NCBI GenBank assembly: GCA_040954595.2
Contig: CM082579.2
Location: forward strand, 3,833,227 to 3,897,226
Source: Balanoglossus misakiensis
Taxonomy: Eukaryota; Animalia; Hemichordata
Direction: 5' to 3'
DNA length: 64,000 nt
In this document: positions 39,879 through 54,000 of the stretch, piece by piece
Layout: each line of letters opens with the position of its first letter
How positions within the stretch are numbered: the first letter of the stretch is position 1
Made by a program: the position numbers and the translations under genes
The notes under the pieces: model-generated
What the model was told of the DNA's origin: nothing
Seen by the model: only the letters and a program-made list of their open reading frames with translations
The model's database searches: none

Positions 39879-42800
39879 TTAAACCGATAACCCCGCACCT
39901 GGTTTGCCTCCCGGAAGCAGCGTGATGGCCTCCTCGATGATTGACAGCTCCGACGTGATGCTATGGTAACCGCCGGAGTGGAGCTTCTCCTTGCTGCCCT
40001 CCATGTCTTGGTGCCAACCCTGCAGCAGAACGTGCTCCTTGACCACCTGCATCTTGGACGCTATGTCCTTCCCGAGCACGACGTCCATGACGGCGGCGAG
40101 GAAAGGCTCGCCGTCGAGGTAGGACATCAACTTCGGGCGCGACCACGTGAGGGAGCGACAGCTGCTCAAGGCACGTATGGAAACCTGTTAGTAGATGATA
40201 GCATACGCGTGACAAAAAATCGGCTCGATTTCGCTCAAAGTAGAAAAACAAGTGTTGTATGGCTAAATGTACCCGCTTTAGATAAAGGGTTCTGTTACCG
40301 TCGCACTGAAGAACACCGAAAGCTCGATCAAGAGTGTAATCAATGGCGTCCACTTAGTATTAATAAACCTGCGGCGAAGGACTGCAATTTTATCAGACTG
40401 AAATACATAGTGTTTCCCACGAGGCCGAGCGCCAAGGTAAATTACACGATTCTTTGAAAACGGCCAACGCACAGTCACGAGTATAAAAAAAGAACATCCG
40501 CGATCATTTCATCAAATAATAAATGCGCCAACAAAAAATGTGCTTTTTACCACCATGACCACCGAACTCAGAATAATGGGGCTTATATATACATCGTAAA
40601 ACTTAAACCGTTCAGCTGATCCTAAGACGCCGCTAATACCTTTAATTTCCGTAACCCAAAACGGGGGCTCAGGCAAAGCTCGGGTAACCAGAAAGGCAAT
40701 TCAGACACCGCCCTAAGCTTTGCTCGTACTTTGTTAGGATTAGGATTAGGATGAGTCGCACGGAGCACATGCATGGCCTGGTATGATACAATTAAGACAA
40801 TTTGAATGTATCGTTAGTGCAGCTTGGGTGAGCGTCACTTTACTGTAAAGGCAGAGTCCCAGTAACCATGAAAGTGCCGATAGCGAGGATTTCCTCTGTA
40901 AATTCTGCCAAAGGTACCCGCCGATGCAATTTGACATACATGTATTTTGAAAATTCATCCCAAGAACACAGTGATTTTGCAGTCCCTCCTCTCCCCCCCC
41001 CCCCTTCTCATTGTAATAACTGAAACTCTATTCCACGGCGTAGAAATCTGAATAGATCAGTTTTGGTGATTAAAAGGCCTTGGACTTTCACATTATCTGA
41101 TTGCGCTTTGCGCTCTCATCAAGCAAGATAAGTCACCCTACATGAAGAGCATTTTATCTTCCGTGTAAAACGTTCCAACGCCTGATCTTATTCATAGATA
41201 AAAGTAAAGATGTGACACGATTCCCATATGCATCGTAACCTGTTGGTTGCCTACGGCTATGAGCAGCTCTCCTGTCATACACGATGTACCCCTCCTCATC
41301 GAAGAAAAGGGCAGGTGATAATTACCAGGAATGCGTCCTTTGAGCCCTGCGCAATGGATATCCATTCGGGTGAGTCCAGGAAGTCGTTGGCGTTCACGTG
41401 ATGTAGACACACGCCCTCACAGCTGGTGACGGCCCTGCGAGAGAGACAAGACAATGCGCGGTCAACGTCATCTCCCTGCGTGAACACGGGAGCTACAAAT
41501 GAAAACCTGTGCCCGGTGTGCGAGGTGAAAACTGCCTACATGTTTCCCTGCAAGTTCCATCGTAAGATGTTTCCCGAAATTCCCCTTTCATTTTGAATGC
41601 GCTGCACGTTTGCACACTTGATTCAATCTCCTAATCAAAGCGTTTTCTGAAAATTGATCACTTAGGGACCAAATATGGTGATCTATGCACACATTGAGGC
41701 GACTGAGGTATCAGAGTCTGCAGACGATATTAATCTTGAACGGCGCGCTAAACAACTATAAAAGCTAATACAGCTTTACGTATAATTAGTTCCTAGTGCT
41801 CGTATTGGGCATAGAACATATTGCGTGTTGTACCATCAAAATCAAGCAAGTTACTTCATCCGAATGTTAATGACGTCGACATCAGCTGATAATTTGCAGA
41901 AAGGGTTACATACTTAGACGTCGGCGAAACAACGGCTGATTTCATCACTTAAGCGCTGTAAGTGGAAGATTCAAACCATTTGCGCCAAGATTCGTGCCTC
42001 GGGTAATGTGGACAAGTCGGCGTCATTCAATTTGATGTACAGTAAAATCGAGCGTGCACGTTAAGTATTTGACCCCTCCCCGATATTTTAAAGAAAAAAC
42101 AGCCTGGTTCGTTAAGTAACAGTAAAGCCGAAAACGAACACAATTCACGTAGGATTCAACGTTGATTGGGCGACTTAGAAATAGATGGAAGTATAAGATG
42201 CTAATCCTTGCCAGAGAACCCGTTGACGAAGCTGATGAGAATTGATCAATAAACGAACGGAGAAGAAGACACGGGAGTGTGGTGAGGTCATGTCCTGGAT
42301 TTACAACAATTCTTCGCGGTTTGTTTCTCGAACGACCGGGCCGTTGAGAAGCTTCCCCCAGTCATCCTGTGTGTGCCCAGACATGCTAAAACACCTATAG
42401 CTGGCATTTAAAGATAATGGGCTAGCTTGTTCGTACCGCGCACTTGCCGGAAGCGTTCTGCTGCCACAATTAAATTTGCGGCGGCGGTTAGTGTAGCCTA
42501 GATTAAATTTGGCCGGTATCCGACTTCATAATACGTACATCTCCATCATTTATTCACGGAAAACTGTCAAACTTCCATCGATCTGTTTTACATCCAATAG
42601 TGATTAGTATCCGTGGAGGTTTACTGGCAATTAATTTCGCTTTCTTGTGTGCGCGTGAGTTTATAGACTGTTATCCATGTCTCCGAGGAATGGGCGAGAA
42701 TTTTATGGGAACAAATAGACGTCTTCTCGAGAGGGCAAAGGAGATATATAGTCCATTAAGAAAAAACAATGCATTAACTCTCTCACCGTCTCCATTTTAT

Positions 42801-45800
42801 AGATATCGATGATTTTTGACCAATCGCCATCATGCATAGTATAAGTCGAAACAATACACCCCGCGGAGACACAAGTTGTTTTAAAAAACAGTCTCGATAA
42901 TATACTAGTAGGCTGGCGTTGACGCGATTCGAAAATCAAATTCTTAAACTTTTTTTCTCATATTTTGCTCAAGGCAACTTTAGATTATTCTCCCTTAAGA
43001 TTAAGAATGAAAAATGGGGGTCACTGTGCAAAGTTTTCAACGAGACAGCAAAATTACCTCAAATTTGAAATTCAAAATGGCCGCCTATCTCTGTGGTAAC
43101 TACATGGAGAAAATATACCAAAGAATTCCAAAGAGCCTGACGACAAGGATGTTCTCCCCCGTCTTCACCTATTGACTACCACTGACCCATGAGAAACACT
43201 TACAACCCATGGTGGTTTATTCATGTTTACACATTCCCCCCTCGAAAATTACAAATTCATGAGTTCAGCTTTACCTTGAACTGTTGATGATTGGAAAACT
43301 CAATGAAACTGTCCACTTCCGTCGCAGTGTTCGTATAAACACGTGCGGTGATTTCTAACAAGCGTTCAAAATATAATCTAAAATGTTCCCCATGATTTCG
43401 GAAATTTGTTCAGTAATTGTCATTTGTTACAGTGGCAAATCGTACAAATTTCAAGTACATAACCAGGGCAATGAGTTTGATAAACCTATAATATAATTTT
43501 GAATGAAGACGATATTCCAAATTCCTAAAATGTTCCCCATGATTTCGGAAATTTGTTCAGTATTTGTCATTTGTTACAGTGGCAAATCGTACAAATTTCA
43601 AGTACATAACCAGGGCAATGAGTTTGATAAACCTATAATATAATTTTGAATGAAGACGATATTCCAAATCGAGTTGTTCAGCTATACGCACATTTCATTC
43701 GTGTCAGAATACACTCTATTTATTGTCAACCGCCTGTCAGCGTCGTGATACATCTGCATTTAAATAACTTGCGGCCCAGGCTCTTCTGAGGCAAGAATCC
43801 AATTAAGATCTGCCAATAACAACAACCGAACGGGTTGGCCGACAGAATGGCCAACTTGTTAGCTGGAATTGGGCGCTCTCCGTTGCCGTGGTGAGTTAAA
43901 ATGTGCTGAATTTGTATATTAACGACTCCATTCCGCGCCGTGATTAGAGTCTTATATCGAAAATGTAACGTCAATTAATTTTCTCAATGGAGCCTACATC
44001 TCCAGTAGGCGTACGTCGCACGCTTTCCTGTTCGTAGTTCAAGCCCCGTGCTTCGAAGGCATTGACGCATGCGCTCCTGCTCGTGCAGCTGATGAACAGT
44101 TCCACAGAAAGATCTGCACGGTTTTTCTTAGTATTGGTTGCATCTCACGTCAAATAACTGCCAGCAATTATCCATGTATAATTAATGTCGCTGACAATAA
44201 ATATCACATTTACGCGAAATCTTTGGATATCGTTCGGTGACGTGTGTGATGACTCTAACATCGTGAATATCAATTATGCATTTTCTTCAAGTCACGGTCC
44301 GTTGCTATGCAAGGGGATGGCGGCTGTGGACTATTTTTCGGTCAACCCCCACAATGCAACACAAAGCGAAGGCTATGCCAAACAGTGTGTGCTTGCGATT
44401 AAAAATCACATTTTCAAAACGTTGATGAAACCGTGATAATAGCACGGTGCCGGATCTCTTGGGACAGATAAGAGAAGTATTTTCTGAATTGATGTAGATC
44501 TGGTACACACACCCCTTGAGGGGTGGGAGGGGAGGGGTCAATAACACACACACCTCGATAAAAGAGTTCGGCCTGAACTTCCACGTTGCGAAATGTAAAA
44601 CCTACATTTAAATGCATGCTTCGACACAGCAAAGAATCCAGTTAAATTACCTCAGTTAAAACATGGCTAGAAGCCGAATCAATGTTAGTTGCTTGTGAAT
44701 GTTAAACGGGGCTTGAATAAAGGTTATTCGTGCCATTCGCTTTTACAGTGAGTACTCAGCTAAGATATAAATGTTTCAAATGAAAGCATTGGGTTTGTTA
44801 CAGCGCTGTGTACGACACACGGGAATAAACCCGAAGCTCTGTGCATTATTAGTGCATCTGTGCTCATAGTTCTGTATGCTGTTGTTGTGTTTGTACGTGG
44901 TGCACGTTGTGACCTCCCCTGCGCCCACAGGTGAACAGTAGTCGCCTTAAATTTGGCATCAGGCAAATGGTTCACCTGAGACCCGGAGAAAAGGCATCTC
45001 GTATTTCAGACACGGCAGACTATAGTGATTATCATTAACGTTGGCACTCTCAAAGGCCATCGTAAACGTCAGGAGGTCCCCCCCCCGCACCAAACCACGC
45101 TGTCAAGTCCAAATTTGCCCGGCGGTCTTTTCAAAGTTACGGCAACTTAAGGTAATATAAATGGTCGCGCGGCACGCATGTGAATGGCTTCCGGTTGCGG
45201 TGAAAAATTCTCCCATTGTGCTGAGGCTTACTTTAATCAAATTCCAAATTAATGGAACGGGTGAGTATATAGAAAACGACGCGAGCTAGCCGGTTTAACT
45301 ACAGTCCCACTATGGAGGGACGTCTATAACATACCCCGAGACGCCATAGCCTTTCCGTTGATACAGTATTTCTTGCACTAATTAAACGCCACATTTTCTC
45401 TGTCTTTGAGGCAATATTTAAAACTTTTTAACCCATTTAATCATACGTGCCACCTACCTCCCGGACAACAGGATGGAGAGCCTCTCATCGCCGACAGTAA
45501 CGTCTTCTATTGCGTAATATTCCCCTTCTCGGAGGCTGCAGACGGTGGCGAGTTTACACATTTTTTTGAACTGGCACCTGGTGATTCTCATAGGCTGGAA
45601 CAGGCAGGCGTAGACGTCCTCCAGCTCCGAGTCCATCTGCGTCGGCCAGATCTGGTAGAATATGCGAATGATCTGGCCGATGTTGACGACGAAGTAGGCC
45701 AGGTTCCAGCCGAAGAAGTCGGGCATGCAGGACACGGTGGCGGCCCAGACGAACAGGAACACGAAGGCGGCCATCAGGATGCACCTGAGAAACAGCGCGT

Positions 45801-46044
45801 GCTGAGCGAAAGTCTTCGGGGCCATGAACGCCATGGCCAGGCCGAGGTGCCCGACGTGGAAGAGCGCGTGCTGGGGATCCGACCATTCGCCGGGGCACAG
45901 CACTCTCAGTGACTCGAACGACGAATCGTTTGGCCGGGCTGTCCTCTCAAGTCCGCTATCGCCCAGCCCTTTCAGTTGTAGACCGTTGTTCTCGGTGAAG
46001 TTGTACGGAGACCCGGTCGACATCAGATAGCTATCCGTCGCCAT
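39879..46044 (-). CDS. Popeye domain-containing protein (POPDC/BVES family), copy A
   Basis: Exons 46044-45458 (CPGEWSDPQHALFHVGHL, three TM segments, CMPDFFGWNL, ERLSILLSGR), 41434-41326 (LHHVNANDFLDSPEW...DAFL), 40184-39879 (VSIRALSSCRSLTWSRPKL...VLGKDIASKM). Phase-compatible, with typical POPDC intron positions. An additional 3' exon cannot be excluded. Confidence 0.92.
42935..43120. mobile_element. Possible fragment of an interspersed (MITE-like) repeat in POPDC-A intron
   Basis: Contains gggggtcactgtgcaaa...tttgaaattcaaaatggccgcc...gtggtaactacatggagaaaat, which resembles from memory an abundant hemichordate interspersed repeat. No TIR/TSD established and no search performed. Confidence 0.3.
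43378..43669. repeat. Near-perfect tandem duplication, 147-bp period, 2 copies
   Basis: ctaaaatgttccccatgatttcgg...gatattccaaat begins at 43378 and again at 43525; one mismatch seen (cagtaattg vs cagtatttg). Confidence 0.95.
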
Positions 46045-48710
46045 TTTGAGAACGCCCACGTGTGTATATCTACATATACCTGAGCGGAGGTAAACAAAAG
46101 TAACAGTGAAACCAGAAGACCTGCGCGAAGAAAATCTAACGTGCACCGAAGGGATGAGACAATAATAAAAAGAGGCTCGTAGGCCTAATTATGCTAGGTA
46201 TCATGAGAGGGTTATCATTACTATCTGAAGGCCAACGCTAATTCCGATCACGCATCCAATACATTCTAATCCAGTTGACGCAGTCAAGCTGCGATCGGAA
46301 GGTTCGCCTTATCTGTGTCGACATTGGGCACAGAATAAGTTATTTAGATTTTGAAATCTCGACGTATCACTATGCCAGGGCATCTCACTTCGATTCGCAG
46401 CTCCGACAAAGGTACGCTCGGGGAAAACGTTGAAGCTAAATGTAACATGCAGGGACGAAGGAATCTTGATAAAGAATGTGTCTTATCAGAGAAAGGGGCT
46501 GTATCGTACGCATGCCTATAAGGTTTACTTTCCACGTTGCAGTTTGCACGTAACGATCATGACCTGAAGTTCAGAATCAATTTCCGAAGATTGCCGGAAA
46601 TATTTAGCTCCTGGTTCCGTGTGTGAAACGAAAACCGCTTTTCGAACTTGAAACTGTGAACACATGAACTGCTTTCAGTATCCAGCCGTGTCCGCCTCGC
46701 TCGCTTTCAAAGCCGCTCACTTATTTCGATAACCAATTCAGCTTTAAAGTAACAAATGACTAAAGACTTCAATGATGAATGAACTGACTCCTAACTGATT
46801 GCTTCTAGGCTGCTAAGCTTTAATTTTCATTACCACCCCTTGATACGTGCCCTTGCTGCAGAGCGTCATGGCGATATATGCCTCAAATTAGCCGGCACTC
46901 ACCATCGCGTTTCTGATACAAGTTAAATAAATCCATTAATTTGCCTAATATTTGAATTGTTCAATGCCCCGAGAAATTTCAAAGGCCATGGCCACTAAAC
47001 GGCATCTGCGTGTGTCCTTTTTGAATTCCCCTTCCAATCACCGTGAGAAACAGCAGATATCACGACGCGAGCAATTCTTCGAGAAAGAGTATTTTATCGA
47101 TGTTTAAAATGCGAGTATATTAAATCCACATCGCCTATACCACTGAACGACCATCAAGGCTTCGTTAACTGAACCTTTTTTTGGGGGGGGGAGAGGTCGA
47201 ACTCACCTTTCCGCCCTTCCTCGAATTCCTCGGCGTAACTAGAGTAAGCCCAGGAGCCTGATGCACGAGTGAATATCTCACATCGCCATGACCTGGTGAT
47301 TTGCTCACGTTAGTGAAGGTATCGATATCCTCCTCGTTTCACACAGAACCGTGTGTCGGCTTCTTGTAGAGAAAGACACAGACAGACCACAGTTACCAAC
47401 ATCGCAGATTGAAACTGTCAGCGTCCGCCTCCGATCGAACAATATGTCACACGTTCAGCAGAATGTTCTTTGTGAGCAAAATTGTATAGCTTGATTATCA
47501 CAGAAGTAGGTTGAATTCAGAGCGCATACGATGCACGGCAGTCGCAGCGGGGTACATGTATATTGTCAGCAGTTTCTCCCGCGTTCTGCGAGATACACAA
47601 TATACATGCATACGTGTGAGGTCGCCAGTGCGTGAATGGGAATATGAAAGCCGAACATTAGAACCACAAATATAACTAGGTCACTGGCTGACAACAAAAT
47701 AGTCATCAATATACATGTATATATATCAAGATGACTCCTGCTTTCCATATTAGCACAATCGTTGAAATTGTTACTATCAAATTCCATTGGTACATTATAT
47801 ATTGGCTGCAAGAAACAGCCCTATTAGGCACACGCAGAACTCGATAACGCATTATATTACTGTATATATGAGGACAAAATATAATTGTCTCTATATCATC
47901 ACCAAGACGGTCACGCAAGCCAGTTCACAAAAGCGCGTGATTAACAGTATCGCGAGCAAAAGAAAGATTACAAAAAAGAACTAGGACCACATCTTGCCTA
48001 GAGTCATAGAATATCATTAGTAACCTTTAAGATAACAGTAACTAGAGTGTGGTCCGATTTGTAATCTGACTGTAGGCATACTGGTTCATCTGAGGAATTT
48101 ACAGAAATGCCGGCTTTGTGTCTGACAGCTGCAATGCGTTCGAGAACTTCAGAGATACAGTTTGCATATTCGAGTCTCCACGATAATACATGCATATGAG
48201 AATGTTACGATCACATGAGTATTCCCCCCAAAAGGCTTAACAATTGCTTGTTTGAAATAGATTCGGATGAGTTATTCATGATAACAGGGCAAGAGGACAC
48301 TGATTGCATGCCTGTTCTTTAGGGTCTTGGTGGGGAAGGGGATCAAGACAGCAAGCGGACGGAGGCGGTGAACGAAGCAGCTCATCAAAGCCGTCTACAT
48401 AGTCGCCAGCTGAAATGAGTCCAATCGATACGTACCCTGGCCCCAAGGAAGGAACAGTCAGTCATTGTTTGACACTCTCACAGTCGTGATGTACTTCGCC
48501 TTATAGTGTCGTATAAACGGTATTCAGCCCCCAGGCGTCATATCACAAGCAGACGTATCCATAGTTACTGCGGAAGTTCATATCTCCAAAAAATCTACAG
48601 CTATCTTCCGAAACTCAATAATTAACTGAAGAGGTTTTGTATTCCCAGTGATTTTTGTTCGTATCAAGCCTGAGCGTGTGATCGCCGTAGTCTATTGACT
48701 ATTCCTAGCT

Positions 48711-48778
48711 GTGACGTCACTGCACTGGTAGTAAGGACCAGCGCGGATTTACCTCACCCGATGCGTTGTCATAGCAAC
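48711..48778. promoter_or_regulatory. CRE palindrome plus RFX X-box between divergent POPDC genes
   Basis: GTGACGTCAC at 48711-48720 and GTTGTCATAGCAAC at 48765-48778. Confidence 0.4.
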
Positions 48779-50950
48779 AGCACCAGTGGTTAAAAGACGA
48801 GCATCAGTGATTATCCGTGCTTGAAAATTTATCCTTGAACACCTTTTTATCCGATTTCTTCCCCTGGGGTCGTGTTTCACTCATTTTATTAATTTGCGAA
48901 AAGCCTTTCATTCGCTACGTACCCTGAAAGACCTTATGTTAATGGATCTCTGTGATAAACTGTAGTGAGGTGAAATATTGTGAGTCTTCTTCAATAAAAC
49001 ATTTTGATTGCTGTTAATGTTCCTCATATACTTGCTACCTTCCTGCCAAAACAAAGCAATACTCTTGCCTGTTTCAGTCATTTTCACTAACAAAATGGTA
49101 TATTGACACGCGCAAAGATTGGTAGTTGTTGCGTTGCCTGCCATACAAAGAAATCCTAGTCCTTGCTTTCTATTATGTAGGCAGCAGTTTTATCCAGCTA
49201 ATTAATGAGTTCTTGTCATATTTATCTCTTATTAATGCATCCCAGCTTCTCCGTTGCTAGGAAGCGGCCATTTTCAACTGACTGGAGCGATGCTTTGGTT
49301 GAAGGGGTTCGTCTTGGGACACAGAGATAAGAGTCAATTACACACATGATTGATACTTGTGCCGACTAATGCATTACATAAATCTTGTAGTCTAAGAGCT
49401 TTATCAAGTAACAGCGTCCCCATTGTATATGAGACATATTTCCCTTCTGATGAGACATTGCTTATTAATAAGCTGTTAGGCGCCGCCAGCGACAAGGGGT
49501 AAACGTATTCGACTTTTGTTTGCATATGACCCTCTGAGTCGTACAAGAATATTTCTCAACTGATTTCCATTATATGATGGCTGTATTATTCCTGGTTTCC
49601 GCTAGTTTTGAACCACGGTACATTCTTAAGATAATAGATGTAATAGTTCAACCCTGGTTATACATCAGATGAACGGATATAAGAATGTGCAAGTTATCAC
49701 ACGGGTACTAAACCGTGTCTCTCGTGTCCCCGAGTTCCTTTTCCAGATACACAGGGTAGTATCGATGTCGCCCTCATGCGGTCACACTTTGGATATCATC
49801 AGCGACGTCGTCGAGCATCATTCTCGATATCCTGTGTACGTACGTACCGGCCTCACCGAAAATGGTGATCATCGAATCCGCGTACTAGTACTGCCGTGAA
49901 AATTCACATTGTCCGCGCAGTATATACAGTATGTCCCGGCGAGGATCCACCAGAATAGCGCACTTCAGAAGACTCTTCGTTCTTGAAGAATAGAAGGCAA
50001 AGGAGGACTCATCAAAGGTATGGCGATTTTTTAGAGAAAAAGACAGCACGATATACGATTGCACGGTACAATGCGTTCGGAAAGCGAACGTACACGAGCT
50101 ATATAGCCGCGCTTGTGCCGTGTATCGCACTGTCTGCCTGTGCGTATATTATATGCGTGTTAGGTGCTGCACGCGAGTAAGCTGGTGCACCAAAATGCAT
50201 TTTTGTTGTAATACTCTGTGTCGGTTTCCATGGACGATATAAGGTAGGGTTTCATAGGCACACACTCCCACATTCTGGAATACATACGATAACGGATAAT
50301 GGATGATGGCTAATACTCAACGCCGGTATCAGTTCCACTTGAGTGGGAAACGTTTCCTTCGGATTTGTCGCTTACGCTATTAGATGTAAACATCACCAGT
50401 GCCGGTAAATTTTGTCGAGGATTGAAATTTTTATCGTGATCCAGAGGGCAAGGAAGCCTAGCTTTCAGTTTCTTGAGCATCTGCTATGCCTTGTTCAAAC
50501 TGCCGAGCGCCATCACAACATTATCGGTGACCTTCGTTATACATGTATTAATATATGTACAAATTTGTGCCACCCGAGTAAATCACCTCTCTCGTGATCA
50601 TCAGCCATACAATTGTGCAAATTTAATGAAGTCATGTCGTCGACGATGAGTAGAATTTTTCCGCATCGAAAGCAATTGAGAGGTATATCTGGCTTCGAAT
50701 CATTAATCAGCTTGTGGCGTTGCGATAAGTCCTAATTATAGGCATGGACCCTTGCTACCATTGGCTCTGGGGTCTATGTTTTACGTAACTGTTGTGCGTT
50801 GTCAGTATTCAATCGATTCGCCCGAGGAATATTTCTATGCATATGATCGGAATCAAAATTCATTGGGGATGAGCAGATCAAAGGATATCGATGTAAAGGT
50901 TGAGAAATAATGATTGTGATGCCCGGTCGGACAGGAGCAAAAGAGTGGCG

Positions 50951-51058
50951 ATGAATGAATGAATGAATGAATGAATGAATGAATGAATGAATGAATGAAT
51001 GAATGAATGAATGAATGAATGAATGAATGAATGAATGAATGAATGAATGAATGAATGA
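50951..51058. repeat. (ATGA)n tetranucleotide microsatellite
   Basis: About 27 perfect copies of atga seen directly. Confidence 0.97.
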
Positions 51059-54000
51059 GAGGTGAGTGGTTTTAGTAAACAGTAAAATCGACACCCAATC
51101 AATAACACGAATCGGAATTTATCGAAAGACGTAAAAATCACAAACATCCATCCGCGGATTTTTTTCTCGATAACAGCTGCGAGAAAACGTTTCGAATTTC
51201 TGAAAATATCAAAGGTCAGTGGTGACACACTGTCGATTGCTTGAAAGTGTTAAAGCAATTTGAACAGTTCATGACACTCGATGTCTGGAGTATGCGATAA
51301 TGGCGATTGAAGAAGGTCACGCGCGTGTAGACCTCCTCCTTTGCCGCGCGCGGCGTCCGAGCACACGGCGCCCACGCACAGATCGATCTGAACGAGGGCA
51401 GGTCTACCTCATGTATTGATGCCTCTACTGGAGACCAATCACTGTGATTGCCAGAAATGTTGTGTCTCAAATGAAATCCAGTTTTCTGGCGCCTGCTCAA
51501 AGATGCTTTAAAACATGTCGGGTCATCAATGAAGTTAAAGGGTGGAGGTCGTCCCGTCTGCGGCTGCGCGTGTGGATCCCAAGCGCCATAGATTTTAGCA
51601 AGTCAAAGTAGGCGCACAGTGTAACTGCTACAATGTGTAGAAAGGTCACACATTTCCAGTTCAGACGACACTCCACCTTTACGTATATACCAGGCAAAAT
51701 GTTACAATTCAATGTATGATGCTGGAACTGATTTGCTAGACTGAAATGAATTCTGGAGAAAAAGTATCAACTCTAATCGATTTGCCAATTGTCAGAGGCG
51801 CTTAAATTTGCTCCGGGCAGCGAACGTCGTCCACAATTACAGGTATGGGTGTAATTGAAACTGTCTGATCGAAGACTTCCTTGTATGCCTTAACGGCTGG
51901 GAGATGTTGACAGCGATTAAAACACTTGCAGTTTTACTCAACACCCAGATAGTGTAACAGTAGGGTAATCGACGTCGACGGGGTTCTTTTGTCATTATTT
52001 TGCCCACTTTTGAAAAAATATCAAGTTTTTTGTACATTATAGTGATGAAAAAAGTGACGAACATGTTCCATCACAAATTACAAGGAGCACGTGACATGGC
52101 GTGACGTGATCTGAATTGAAAGTGATAGATTGTTGTTCACATGTCGGGGTCGGCAGAGATGCAACGCAACTAGGAGACAGATTTCCTCCGCGTCGCCGCG
52201 CCGTCCATGTGTCGCAATTATGCACGCGCGCGTCTCTTTCGATTTCTCCGCTTCCTCTGTGATAAGTACGGACTGACAGCCTTTCTCGGAAAACAAAATG
52301 GCCGACGTCACGCAGAGCACGATCTCGATGCCCAGGCTCGGTAACGAGCCTAATTGTGAAGCTCGAATCGCATGTCAGAATCTTTTAACCCAACTCACGG
52401 GAACCGCATGCGCCTCCAGGTCCTAGAACTTTCCAGACTACATGTATACCACAGCGATCCAAGATGTCGTTTGCCTGTTTTACAGTGCAGAGATCTAAAG
52501 TGCGTCTATCAGAAAAAATCATATGTATGCACGCTCAAGTACGTTCTGACCTTTCCAAGACTGCAGTTTTTCTTTAAAGCGAATCACGATCTTTCGTAAG
52601 GCAATGTTTCTGAGAAACGGGTACAGGAAGGGGTCAGGATTTGCCTCCCAGTCGAAGCGGAAAAAACGATACATTGCCGGTTGCCCTTTAAAAGAGGCGA
52701 AGCCATAAAATATGGCGGTATAGAATTAAACACGCGATGTTTGACTCGATCTGAACTGCGTTTTCCAATAACCAGAAATCGTAATTACGTTTCCTAGGCT
52801 AGAACGAGTGTAGGAAACACGAGGGATCGCGAAGTCAGTGCGAACATGGTACGAGTTGCCATAAATTACGGACAAAATATAGTCAGCATCACACGAGGCG
52901 CTATAATACATAAATTGACAAATTTAGATACGAAGGCCATTCACAACTCGCAGCCGTTTGGAGCGACACATTTTCGTCTCTTAAAAAACAGTCGCTTAGC
53001 AGTTACAGATGTTTGGCATACCAGTGGACGCGGTGCAACTATAGCATGGAAACCGCTGAATATCACCCAGATACACGTGTCAACTGAATGACGCGTGTAT
53101 CTGAAATCGCCCCTGACTTGGCGGCCGGCAAACTGGTTACCCGATAACCATGAAAAGTGTAATGTACCGTGACAAGAAACATGTGAAATGCACATTTTAT
53201 CGACGCTCGTGATTAATATGGGACACTTAATTGGCGATCTATCACACATATAACGTCACCGCTGAGACGCAAGCTTATCTTTTCAAGATTTCGCACAGAT
53301 GAAATTTGCCGGGCGATGCATCACGCGAATCCTTATCGAATGTGTTGATACGAGAAAAATGTGAGTTTCCCGTGCTGTGATGGACTCCGAGCAAAAATAG
53401 ACTTTGCTTCTTTCCTTCCTTTGGCACATGGACATTTGTGGAGACATCTCTTGAGTCGGCCCACAGCATTCCCTTTTAGCCTAGGATATATGTGTGACGA
53501 CAGGGAGCCTATTTGCTTTCTGTTGTCATGGAAACTGGATTTTGTTCGATTCTTTAACCGCAGTGATAAGTGGAAAATAATCCAGCGGCTTCAAGCACAG
53601 ATTGCAATGCATGGAAACAAGATGCGAAAGGGAAAACGCAAAAATATACTTAATGTAGTGATCGTGTGCCGAAGTTTACTTAATTGTTTTTGATTTAAGT
53701 CGGAAGACATCAGAAAAAACACATCAGTTATTTAACTCACAAAACGACATTTTGTAAAAATGGCGAGACATATAGAAATGAACACGCGAAAAATTAATCC
53801 GACACATGATTTTTTAATATCCAAGTGATGTCTGCCCTCTGACCTCTCCATGACTCCGCACGCCGAACGAAAATTGTTCACTGTTGAAATGAAAAAAGCT
53901 TAACATTCTATCAGAGAAGTCAGTTTGGATTCGGAATAAAGCGATTTCAGATCCCCGGGATTGGTATTCAACGACCAACTGTATACATGTTGTATGCTCG

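Noticed and set aside
43378-43669. CRISPR-like array
   Set aside because: Only two long adjacent copies with no spacers, in a eukaryotic intron.
50774-51228. ORFs with HSFI repeats
   Set aside because: Translation of the (ATGA)n microsatellite.
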